Assembly (NCBI GenBank): GCA_030609125.1
Contig: JAUWCW010000001.1
Span: forward strand, 1-31,091
Origin: Candidatus Rokuibacteriota bacterium
Lineage (GTDB): Bacteria; JAUVQV01
DNA length: 31,091 nucleotides
Direction of reading: 5' to 3'
A program made the translations under genes and the position numbers. Each line of letters begins with the position of its first letter. Position 1 is the first letter of the stretch. The notes under the pieces are model-generated. The model ran no database searches. It was given only the letters and a program-made list of their open reading frames with translations, and had not been told where the DNA came from. This document shows positions 1 to 7,324 of this stretch, piece after piece.

Positions 1-623
1 GACCCCTCCAGGTCCGAGCGCAGACGCTCCCTCAGGGCGCCGGTGAACTCCGTCTCACCCGTGGCGGCGAGAAAGTCGTCGATCAGTTTTCCCGCCTCGG
101 GCCCGAGAGGGAGCGAGCCTGTCGGCCCTTGGCGGTGCGACTCGGGCCAGGGCAGCTCGAACGTGACCGGTTCGCTGTCCGGCCTGAGGGTGACGACGCG
201 GTTGGCCTCCTCCACGTCGTGATCGTCGGTCTCGGCCCAGAAGACGGGAACGTGGGGCCGGCCGGTGCTCCGGGCAAGATCCCCGGCGAGGCGGATGGCC
301 GTCAGGGCCTTGATGACGGTGAGAAAGGGCCCGCCCAGCAGGCCCGCCTGCTGGCCGGTGACGACCGCCGCGGCCCCGTCGGCGAGGAGCTGAAGGCTGT
401 GCAGCGACTCGTCGGGCGCCCCGAGGTCGCGGTGGCATTCCTCCAGGCGGTGCACGAGGCCGGGGTCAATGGTTCTCGACGGGGGAAGGGCAGTGACGGA
501 GGAAGAGAAAAAGGCGTACCGAGAAGCGGCGAGCCTCTCGTCGCCCCGCAGAAGGCCCCGCAGGGGGTGACGCTTCGTCAGCCAGGATTCTACCGGTACC
601 TGCTCCTCCCACTCGATCCGCAT
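1..623 (-). CDS. bshC: Bacillithiol biosynthesis cysteine-adding enzyme BshC (N-terminal part; runs off left edge)
   Basis: Manual translation of the reverse strand from ATG at 623: MRIEWEEQVPVESWLTKRHP...AAAVVTGQQAGLLGGPFLTVIKALTAIRLA...PHVPVFWAETDDHDVEEANRV. Open to base 1. Contains the BshC signature VVTGQQxGLxGGP...K...VPVFW...DHD. Starts 7 nt after the rsfS stop. Not in the ORF track. Confidence 0.88.
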   Translation of the reverse strand, partial: MRIEWEEQVPVESWLTKRHPLRGLLRGDERLAASRYAFFSSSVTALPPSRTIDPGLVHRLEECHRDLGAPDESLHSLQLLADGAAAVVTGQQAGLLGGPFLTVIKALTAIRLAGDLARSTGRPHVPVFWAETDDHDVEEANRVVTLRPDSEPVTFELPWPESHRQGPTGSLPLGPEAGKLIDDFLAATGETEFTGALRERLRSDLEG

Positions 624-629
624 GCCGCG

Positions 630-1007
630 CTAGGGGCCCTCCTTTGCCGCCGGTTCGGTGTTCTCGAGGGGGACGCGGGCGGCGTCCTTCCAAAGGTCCT
701 CGAGGGAGAAGATGACCCTCTTTTCGGACTGGAAAATGTGAAAGACGAAGTCGATGTAGTCCATGAGGATCCAGGTGCCGTCCCGGTATCCTTCGACACC
801 GAAGGGCCGGACACCCGCCTCCTTGAGCTTTTCACGCACCGCGTCCGCTATGGCCCGCACGTTGGTGTCGGAGCTGCCGCTGCAGATGACGAAGTAGTCG
901 GTCACCGAGGAAATCTTCCGCAGGTCGAGGGCGACGATGTCTGTTGCCCTCTTGTCCGCGGCCGCCGCGGTGCCGATCTGGAGAAGTTCTCTGGCTGGTA
1001 TTTCCAT
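630..1007 (-). CDS. rsfS: Ribosome silencing factor RsfS (Iojap)
   Basis: DKRATDIVALDL...TDYFVICSGSS...GxWILMDYIDFVFHIF motifs; directly follows the nadD stop. Confidence 0.95.
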   Translation of the reverse strand: MEIPARELLQIGTAAAADKRATDIVALDLRKISSVTDYFVICSGSSDTNVRAIADAVREKLKEAGVRPFGVEGYRDGTWILMDYIDFVFHIFQSEKRVIFSLEDLWKDAARVPLENTEPAAKEGP

Positions 1008-1715
1008 TTAGCCCCCTTTGTTCCTGGTGGTGTAAAGGTCGTGCCTGCGGATGTATCTCTCCACCGCTCCCGGGACGAGATACGTTATGGATCTTCCCTC
1101 GCGGACGCGGCGGCGTATGGCCGACGCGGAAACGGGCAGGGAGAGCGTCTCGGCCAGAAAGAGGCTCTTTTTCCCCGCCACGGGGATCCGCCGTATTCCC
1201 CTGCGCGGGCGCAGAGGTGCTTCGGTCTTCCACTCCCGGGGGACGTAGCGGCCGGGATCTTCGAGGGAATAGCCGGGACGGGGAAAGATGACGAAATGGG
1301 CGAAGTCCAGAAGTTCCCCGGAACGGTGCCAGGTAGTGATCTCCGTGAAGGCGTCCATGCCGATGAGAAAAAAGAGCTCCCATTCTCCCCCCGAGCGCCG
1401 GCGGATCTCACGCAGTGTCTCGATGGTGAAGGACGGCCCGCGGCGCTTTACCTCCAGGTCGAGAGCGGTGAAAGCGCTGTTTCCGGCAACGGCCTTGCGC
1501 ACCATCTCCAGGCGCCGGCGTCCCTCCGGAAAGCTGCCCGACTTGTGAGGGGGCGCCCCGGACGGTACGAAGAGGACGCGGTCGAGCCGGAAGCGTTCCC
1601 GTATCTCCTCGGCAAGAATGAGGTGCGCCACGTGGATGGGATTGAAGGTGCCGCCGTAGACCCCGATCCTGGCTGGTCCCCGACGACTTTCCTGCAAGCG
1701 GTTTTTCAAAGGCAT
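1008..1715 (-). CDS. nadD: Nicotinate-nucleotide adenylyltransferase
   Basis: IGVYGGTFNPIHVAH (HxGH-like), PPHK, FFLIGMDAF, VSASAIRRRVREGRSITYLVP. Start uncertain: ATG 1715 preferred; the track's TTG 1754 coincides with a likely -35 hexamer. Confidence 0.93.
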   Translation of the reverse strand: MPLKNRLQESRRGPARIGVYGGTFNPIHVAHLILAEEIRERFRLDRVLFVPSGAPPHKSGSFPEGRRRLEMVRKAVAGNSAFTALDLEVKRRGPSFTIETLREIRRRSGGEWELFFLIGMDAFTEITTWHRSGELLDFAHFVIFPRPGYSLEDPGRYVPREWKTEAPLRPRRGIRRIPVAGKKSLFLAETLSLPVSASAIRRRVREGRSITYLVPGAVERYIRRHDLYTTRNKGG

Positions 1716-1725
1716 GTACAGTTTT

Positions 1726-1754
1726 CTTATAACATCTCGACCGGCGCCGATCAA
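1726..1754 (-). promoter_or_regulatory. Possible internal sigma70-type promoter for nadD-rsfS-bshC
   Basis: Minus strand TTGATC-N17-TATAAG with TGn extended -10; the last -10 base is non-consensus. Confidence 0.35.
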
Positions 1755-2518
1755 GGCTCGAGGACGCCGGCGATCCGGCCCATTACCTCGCCCGCCGGCT
1801 CGGAGAAACGGATCGAGGCGATGTGGTCCCAGGGGGTTTCGGTGCGGTTGACGAAGATCAGCGAGGCCCCGGCCTTCCGGGCGACGCGGGGAATGGAGGC
1901 GGCGGGCTCGACCTGGAGGGAGGAGCCGATCATGAAGAGAAGATCACAGCCCGCGGCGCAGTCGTAGGCCCGGCGCATTTTCTCCTCCGGCATGGACTGG
2001 CCGAACATCACCGTCGCCGGCTTGACCATGCCGCCGCACTCGCTGCAGTGCAGCTCCGCCTCTCCCCCGTCGAGCCTCTCCTGGATCTGCTCGATGGGCA
2101 CCCGGAGCCCGCAGCCGAGGCACTCCGCTTCGAGGTTGGTCCCGTGTATCTCGATCACCACTTCCGGCGGCACGCCTCCACGCTGGTGCAGGCCGTCTAT
2201 GTTCTGGGTGATGAGACAATCGAGCCACCCCGCCTTCTCCAACTCCGCCAGGGCCGTGTGCGCCCGGTTCGGTTCGGCCCGCAGCAGCTCCCGGTGCAGT
2301 TCCCGCTTCATGACCCAGTACTCCCGGCGCGCCTCGGCGCTGCCGATGAATTCCTGATAGGTGACTATCCGGTGCCGGTCCCAGACGCCCCCGGGGCTGC
2401 GAAAGTCCGAGATGCCCGACTCGGTGGAAATGCCGGCTCCGGTAAAGGCGGCGACGCGCCCGGCGGCCCGCAGCAGCCTCACCGCTTCCCGCACTCGAGC
2501 TTCGAAAGATTCAGTCAT
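1751..2518 (-). CDS. cobB: NAD-dependent protein deacylase (sirtuin, CobB/Sir2 family)
   Basis: GAGISTESGISDFRSPGG, TQNIDGLH, EIHG, Zn-binding CLGC...CSEC, KPATVMFG, IGSSLQVEPAA. Confidence 0.93.
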   Translation of the reverse strand: MTESFEARVREAVRLLRAAGRVAAFTGAGISTESGISDFRSPGGVWDRHRIVTYQEFIGSAEARREYWVMKRELHRELLRAEPNRAHTALAELEKAGWLDCLITQNIDGLHQRGGVPPEVVIEIHGTNLEAECLGCGLRVPIEQIQERLDGGEAELHCSECGGMVKPATVMFGQSMPEEKMRRAYDCAAGCDLLFMIGSSLQVEPAASIPRVARKAGASLIFVNRTETPWDHIASIRFSEPAGEVMGRIAGVLEP

Positions 2519-3029
2519 GGTCCTTCCCTCCCGGGGGATCGTCGATGTCTCTGCCGGTAACGACCGAGAGGGGCTCCTCGGCGGTTATCTCCGATCCGGG
2601 GCGGGCGTCGTCGTCCTTTTCCTTGATGAGGAGCCAGTTGTTCTTCCCGCCTCCCCACTTCGTCCTGACGAGGGCGAAGCCTCCCCGGAGCTTCTCCCCC
2701 CGGAGGACAAGCTTCGCCGCGCCGCGAGCAAGCATTTCCTCGAAGGTCTCATGCTCCGACCGGACTTCAAAGCTGCCCCGATCCCAGATGATGACCTTCC
2801 CGGCCCCGTACTCTCCCTCGGGGATCACCCCCTCGAAATCCCCGTAGCCCAGCGGGTGGTCTTCGACCTCCACGGCGAGGCGCTTCTGCCCCGGGTCGAG
2901 GCTCGGTCCCTTGGGGACCGCCCAGCTCTTGAGGACCCCCTGCGACTCGAGACGCAGGTCGTAGTGCAGGGAGCGGGCACGGTGCTTGTGAACGATGAAC
3001 TTCCGGCTGTCCCGGACTGCCTCCCTCAC
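2511..3029 (-). CDS. Stand-alone DNA ligase D 3'-phosphoesterase (PE) domain protein
   Basis: FIVHKHRARSLHYDLRLE...GVLKSWAVPKGPSLDP..KRLAVEVEDHP..Y..FEGVIPEGEYGAGKV..WDRG; no polymerase or ligase domain; 8-bp overlap with cobB. Confidence 0.93.
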   Translation of the reverse strand: MREAVRDSRKFIVHKHRARSLHYDLRLESQGVLKSWAVPKGPSLDPGQKRLAVEVEDHPLGYGDFEGVIPEGEYGAGKVIIWDRGSFEVRSEHETFEEMLARGAAKLVLRGEKLRGGFALVRTKWGGGKNNWLLIKEKDDDARPGSEITAEEPLSVVTGRDIDDPPGGKDHD

Positions 3030-3033
3030 AAAT

Positions 3034-3633
3034 TCATCTCCGGGAGGCGACGGCCCCGTAGTCGGCGGGGCGCGCCCCCTGTGCGATCATCTCCTCCTCG
3101 GCCCGCTCCCCGTCACCGGGCTTCACGTTCACGGCCCGGGTGATGTCGGTGAGGAGGACGACTTCGAAACCGAGCTTCAGAGCGTCCTTGACCGTGTTGA
3201 GAACGCAGTAGTCGGTGGCGAGACCGCCGAGGAAGACCCGTCTTACCCCGAGGTTCTTCAGGCGGTCTTCAAGGTCGGTTTCCTCGAAATTGGAGTACGA
3301 GTCCCGGTCCCTGCTGTCCGCCTTGGAAATGATGGTTTCCTTGCCGGTGAGCTCAATCTCCGAAGCGAAGGCCGCCCCCAGCGTCCCCTGTACGCAGTGG
3401 GGAGGCCACACCCCTCCCCGGGCGAGAAACGAAACGTGGTCAGGGGGATGCCAATCCCGTGTCATGAATACGGGAAGCCTCCGGGTGCGGAAAAGCTCGA
3501 GGTACTGGTTCACCACCGGTATGACCTGCTCGCCCTGCGGCACCGCCAGGCTGCCGCCGGAGAGAAAGTCGTTCTGCGCATCCACAATGACGAGAGCGTC
3601 CCCGGGGACGGGGAATAACCCTTTCTCCTTCAT
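3034..3633 (-). CDS. pncA: Nicotinamidase/pyrazinamidase (isochorismatase family)
   Basis: VDAQNDF, GSLAV, RDWHPPDHVSF, WPPHCVQGT, SK, LATDYCV. Start corrected to ATG 3633, which has a GGGAGG RBS upstream. Confidence 0.9.
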   Translation of the reverse strand: MKEKGLFPVPGDALVIVDAQNDFLSGGSLAVPQGEQVIPVVNQYLELFRTRRLPVFMTRDWHPPDHVSFLARGGVWPPHCVQGTLGAAFASEIELTGKETIISKADSRDRDSYSNFEETDLEDRLKNLGVRRVFLGGLATDYCVLNTVKDALKLGFEVVLLTDITRAVNVKPGDGERAEEEMIAQGARPADYGAVASRR

Positions 3634-3720
3634 GACAACCCTCCCATTTTCATGATGAGGTAAATCATGGACCATTTGGGACTCCTTTTCAACGCCTCCG
3701 GCAGGGCGCTCTTCAGGGTC

Positions 3721-3750
3721 TTGCCTTCTCCGCCCCCCAGCGCGTACCAT
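3721..3750 (+). promoter_or_regulatory. Putative sigma70 promoter of the DUF3014 gene (leaderless-type)
   Basis: TTGCCT(3721-26)-N18-TACCAT(3745-50); ATG begins after a 6-nt gap, no Shine-Dalgarno (SD). Confidence 0.45.
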
Positions 3751-3756
3751 GAAAGC

Positions 3757-4647
3757 ATGGAAGATCGGAAGGCGCCGGAAGAGGAGGAGCTCGACTTCGG
3801 GGAGCCCGGGCCGGAGAGGGGGCGGCGCACCCTTCCGACCGTCACTGTTCTGGCGGGGGTCGTTGTTGCCCTGGTGGCGGTCTTCCTCTACTTCGGGGGA
3901 AGGAAGGAGGGAGCGGATACTCCGGCACCCGAGCCCGTCCCCGCGCGGGTCGAGAGGGAGGCGGTGCCGGTGGAGACGCCTCCGCAGATGGTGATTCCCC
4001 CGGAAGCGATGCCGGAGGACGGGCCGGAGGAGCCCCCTGCGCCCGCCCCGATTGTGCCTCCCCCTCTCGATGAGAGCGACAAGCTGGTGCGTGGTTTTGC
4101 CGGCCGGCTCTCGTCGGACGGGTTTCCGGCTTCCTGGCTTGCCTCCGAAGATTTCATCCGACGCTTCGTGGTCGCCGTGGACAACATCGCCGACGGTTCA
4201 TCACCCAGGAACCATATGTCTTTCGTGAAGATACGGGGAGAGTTCGCCGTGATGGAAAGATGGGGGAGGGTCTACCTCGACCCGGCGGGCTACCGCCGCT
4301 ACGACGGTTTTGCCGACGTCGCCGCCGGTGTCGACGCCGTGGAGTGGGCCCGCCTCTACCACGAGCTGCACCCCCTCTTCCAGGAGGCCTACGATGATCT
4401 GGGCTATCCGGATCGGCAGTTCGACGACACGCTGGGGCGCGCGATCGGGCGGCTTCTCGGCACACCCGTCGTGGAAGGCGACATTCTCCTCATGAGTCAG
4501 GAGGGGGCTTACTACTTCGAAGACCCCGCCCTGGAGGGGCTGGACGGTGCGGAAAAGCATCTGCTGCGCATGGGCCCGGCGAACACGCGGAAGATACAGG
4601 GTCTGCTGCGCGCTCTCGAGGCGGCCCTCGAAGGGGTCTTTCCGTAG
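3757..4647 (+). CDS. DUF3014 family membrane-anchored protein
   Basis: Single N-terminal TM helix (VLAGVVVALVAVFLYF), Pro-rich linker, then PPLDESD...FIRRFVVAVDNIADG...RRYD...PLFQEAYDDLGYP...FEDPALE...KHLLRMGPAN as recalled for DUF3014. Start corrected to ATG 3757. Confidence 0.8.
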   Translation: MEDRKAPEEEELDFGEPGPERGRRTLPTVTVLAGVVVALVAVFLYFGGRKEGADTPAPEPVPARVEREAVPVETPPQMVIPPEAMPEDGPEEPPAPAPIVPPPLDESDKLVRGFAGRLSSDGFPASWLASEDFIRRFVVAVDNIADGSSPRNHMSFVKIRGEFAVMERWGRVYLDPAGYRRYDGFADVAAGVDAVEWARLYHELHPLFQEAYDDLGYPDRQFDDTLGRAIGRLLGTPVVEGDILLMSQEGAYYFEDPALEGLDGAEKHLLRMGPANTRKIQGLLRALEAALEGVFP

Positions 4648-4740
4648 GGAGTCAGCTGCCCGGGCCCGCCCTCTCGCGACGAAGTTCATGAAATATCCGG
4701 GCCAGGAAATGGTGGATGTTCTTCGCCAGGTACCCGACGG

Positions 4741-5013
4741 TCACGGCCCCTTTTCCTTCCGCGCCTGCTCGATCAGCTCCACAAGGCTGAGCATCTTCTG
4801 CTTCGGCGGCGCGGTTATTTCCGCGATCTTCTCTTCACCGTAGCAGGAGCGGATAAAGGCCTCGACTTCGAAGGTCTCCCACCAGCAGTCGAAGATCTTC
4901 CGGCAGGGCGTCTCCGCCCCCGGAGCCCGGCAGTAGGAGAAGGTGACGCCGTGCCCGAGCATCGGACAGCGCCGGCGGCGGTGGTCGTGGCTGTCTATCC
5001 GTTCGCCGCCCAC
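4741..5013 (-). CDS. Small Cys-rich hypothetical protein (Cx11Cx8Cx5C), possible metal binding
   Basis: RRCPMLGH...YCR...PCRKIFDCWW...PPKQKMLSLVELIEQAR; overlaps the upstream gene by 19 bp; protein-like composition. Confidence 0.65.
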   Translation of the reverse strand: MGGERIDSHDHRRRRCPMLGHGVTFSYCRAPGAETPCRKIFDCWWETFEVEAFIRSCYGEEKIAEITAPPKQKMLSLVELIEQARKEKGP

Positions 5014-5360
5014 TCTTTCGCCGCTTCCAGTTCCGAGTATGGGAAATGCCTGATTTCGGCGGAGACGAAGTGGCCGGCGAGCCTCGGCGCCAGGGACGGT
5101 ATGGCGCCGTCGGCTGCTATGGCGACGCGGCGGATACGCCGGTGATGGTTCCTCACGAACCTCACGTGGCTGAGGAAGGCGCCGAAACTCTCCCAGCCGG
5201 GAAAGGATCGGGCGTGTATCAGGAGCCCCTGAAGGTTCCCCTCCTTCTCCAGGTACTCGTCCACGCGGGCCGCGAGGGTTTTGAAATCCTCCTCCTGCAG
5301 CGGCCCGGAGGGCTCGACGATCACGACGCCTTCCTCGGCGAGCAACTCGAACGATATCAT
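4995..5360 (-). CDS. STAS/SEC14 (SpoIIAA-like) domain protein
   Basis: VIVEPSGPLQEEDF...FPGWESFGAFLSHVRFVRNHHRRIRRVAI...EIRHF...AKEW pattern typical of SpoIIAA-like proteins. Confidence 0.85.
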   Translation of the reverse strand: MISFELLAEEGVVIVEPSGPLQEEDFKTLAARVDEYLEKEGNLQGLLIHARSFPGWESFGAFLSHVRFVRNHHRRIRRVAIAADGAIPSLAPRLAGHFVSAEIRHFPYSELEAAKEWAANG

Positions 5361-5370
5361 CCTTCGCCTC

Positions 5371-6024
5371 TCATGAGCCGCGGCGGGGTATCCCCCACAC
5401 GAATCGCTCCAGGGCGTGGCGCTCCTCCTGGGTGAGCTCGTCGAAGCGGGCTCCGTAGAAGGTGCTCTGCCGGTCCTGCTCCGGGTGCCGGCGCACCACG
5501 CGGGCGTCGAGCCTCAGCCCGGGGCGCTGCTCGTGACTGCCGAAAGAGACGGTGATCTTCTCCTCGGGTTCCAGATTGCCAGCGGTCCTGAAGGACATCC
5601 CCGCGAGACTGAAGTCCTCCGAGCTGCCCCTGAGCGAGACATCCGCCTTCTCGGGGGCGATGAGAACGGGCGTCCGGAAGAGGCGTCGCTCGGGAACAGA
5701 GAGGAGCCTGCTCGTGAGCTCTTTGAAGGCCTTCCTGCCGACGGGCCAGCCGATCCTCACCGAATTCCGGCCTTCCCGGGTGCGGATGATGTTCCCGGGG
5801 GGGATTTCCTCGCTGATGACGAGTTTCTGCACCCCCCGCGCCGCGGCGGAGAGGAGGCGGTGGGATTCGTCGCCCAGGATGAGAAGATCGGGCTTGGCGC
5901 TCTCCAGGGCATTCCGGCACTCCTCGAGGGTGAAGATGCTGATCCGGGCGTTGACCTCCTGCAGGCCCAGGGCGATCTGGCTCCAGGCCAGATGCCGGTC
6001 GTCGATGAGAAGAATGAGCTTCAT
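5371..6024 (-). CDS. Degenerate receiver (REC-like) domain + PilZ domain protein
   Basis: MKLILLIDD...KPDLLILGD at N-terminus; PilZ c-di-GMP motifs RRLFR (RxxxR) and DFSLAG (DxSxxG). Start corrected to ATG 6024 (ATGA overlap with the proA stop). Confidence 0.75.
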   Translation of the reverse strand: MKLILLIDDRHLAWSQIALGLQEVNARISIFTLEECRNALESAKPDLLILGDESHRLLSAAARGVQKLVISEEIPPGNIIRTREGRNSVRIGWPVGRKAFKELTSRLLSVPERRLFRTPVLIAPEKADVSLRGSSEDFSLAGMSFRTAGNLEPEEKITVSFGSHEQRPGLRLDARVVRRHPEQDRQSTFYGARFDELTQEERHALERFVWGIPRRGS

Positions 6025-7277
6025 TCCCTGATCTGTCCCTGCCCGAAGACTACCCATTTGCTGCAGGTCAGCTCCTCGAGCCCCATGGGGCCTCTGGCGT
6101 GGAGCTTCTGCGTGCTGATGCCCATCTCGGCGCCCAGACCGTACTGGAATCCGTCGGAAAAGCGGGTCGAGGCGTTGACGATGACGGAGGAGGAGTCGAC
6201 TTCGGCGACGAAGCGCCATCCCCGCCCGTAGTTCTCGGTGATGATGGCCTCGGTGTGTCCCGAGCCGTAGCGGGCGATGTGATCCATCGCCTCCTCCAGG
6301 GAGCCGACAACCCGTACTGCCAGGACCAGGTCGAGAAACTCTTTCCCCCAGTCGGAGCGGGAGGCCCTGTGCACCCAGGGGGCGATGCGCCGGGTCTTCG
6401 CGCACCCCCGGATCTCCACGCCCGCCCGGGCGAACTCGGGGAGCATCCTCTCGAGGAAGGCGGGGGCGACGAGCTGGTGCACCAGCAGGGCCTCCATGGC
6501 GTTGCAGACGCCGGGTCGCTGCACCTTGGCATTGAAGCAGATCCTCACCGCGCTCTCCAGGTCCGCGTCCTCGTCGACGTAGGTGTGGCAGATCCCCTCG
6601 TAGTGCATGATGACGGGGATGGTGGAGTTCTCGACGACGGTCCTGATAAGCCCCTTGCCCCCCCTGGGAATCACCAGGTCTATGTGCCTGTCGAGCTTCA
6701 GAAGGTTCATGACCGCCCGGCGGTCGGAGGTCTGCACCATCTGGACCGCCTGACCCGGAAGCCCCGCTTCCCGCAGTGACTCCGCGGCGAGCTCGACCAG
6801 GGCGGTGTTGGAGTGGACAGCCTCCGAACCTCCCCGGAGGATGACGGCGTTGCCGGACTTGAGACAGAGGCCGGCGGCGTCGCAGGTCACGTTGGGCCGT
6901 GACTCGTAGATGATCCCGATCACCCCGAGGGGCACCCTCATTCGGCCTACACGCAGGCCGTTGGGCCTGACGGTCATGCCCGATATCTCTCCCACCGGGT
7001 CGGGGAGGGCGGCGATCTGCCTCAGCCCCTCGGCGACCCCTTCCAGCCGCTCCGGGGTGAGCCGGAGCCTGTCCTTCATCGCCTCCGGGAGCCTCCGCCT
7101 GGAGGCGGCGGCCAGGTCCTTTCTGTTGGCTTTCAGGACCGGCCCGCCCTCCTTCACCAGCTTGCGGGCGTAAGCCAGAAGGGCCCCGTTCTTGGCGTCC
7201 GTCGAGGCCTTCGCCAGGGAACGGGAAGCCTCCGCGGCGGTGCGGGCCAGGTCGAGCACCGATGTTCTTTTCTTCAT
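6021..7277 (-). CDS. proA: Gamma-glutamyl phosphate reductase (glutamate-5-semialdehyde dehydrogenase)
   Basis: RVPLGVIGIIYESRPNVT, LRGGSEA, IPRGGKGLI, RPGVCNAME, NASTRFSDGFQYGLGAEMGISTQKLHARGPMGL; AAGGAG RBS. Confidence 0.97.
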   Translation of the reverse strand: MKKRTSVLDLARTAAEASRSLAKASTDAKNGALLAYARKLVKEGGPVLKANRKDLAAASRRRLPEAMKDRLRLTPERLEGVAEGLRQIAALPDPVGEISGMTVRPNGLRVGRMRVPLGVIGIIYESRPNVTCDAAGLCLKSGNAVILRGGSEAVHSNTALVELAAESLREAGLPGQAVQMVQTSDRRAVMNLLKLDRHIDLVIPRGGKGLIRTVVENSTIPVIMHYEGICHTYVDEDADLESAVRICFNAKVQRPGVCNAMEALLVHQLVAPAFLERMLPEFARAGVEIRGCAKTRRIAPWVHRASRSDWGKEFLDLVLAVRVVGSLEEAMDHIARYGSGHTEAIITENYGRGWRFVAEVDSSSVIVNASTRFSDGFQYGLGAEMGISTQKLHARGPMGLEELTCSKWVVFGQGQIRE

Positions 7278-7324
7278 GGCTTCTCCTTCTTCAGCCGCCG
7301 CCTGCGGATTTCCGCGGGGGCCTC

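Noticed and set aside
129-1967. Long plus-strand ORF (612 aa) and similar long antisense ORFs (e.g. 9919-12501, 16937-19252, 19764-21317, 27147-28814)
   Set aside because: Shadow frames opposite well-supported genes; expected in high-GC DNA, with no recognisable motifs.
1751-2518. Sirtuin as an anti-phage NADase (Thoeris/DSR/SIR2-associated defence)
   Set aside because: It has the Zn-binding Cys pairs and all motifs of a housekeeping CobB-type deacylase, and no defence partner genes are adjacent.
4650-4740. Short protein-like minus-strand frame (GYLAKNIHHFLARIFHELRR) as a gene remnant
   Set aside because: No start codon or RBS and no family recognised; too short to support.
5371-6024. REC-PilZ protein as the cognate regulator of the CHASE2 kinase
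   Set aside because: About 14 kb away in a different operon and its receiver is degenerate; no sequence evidence links them.
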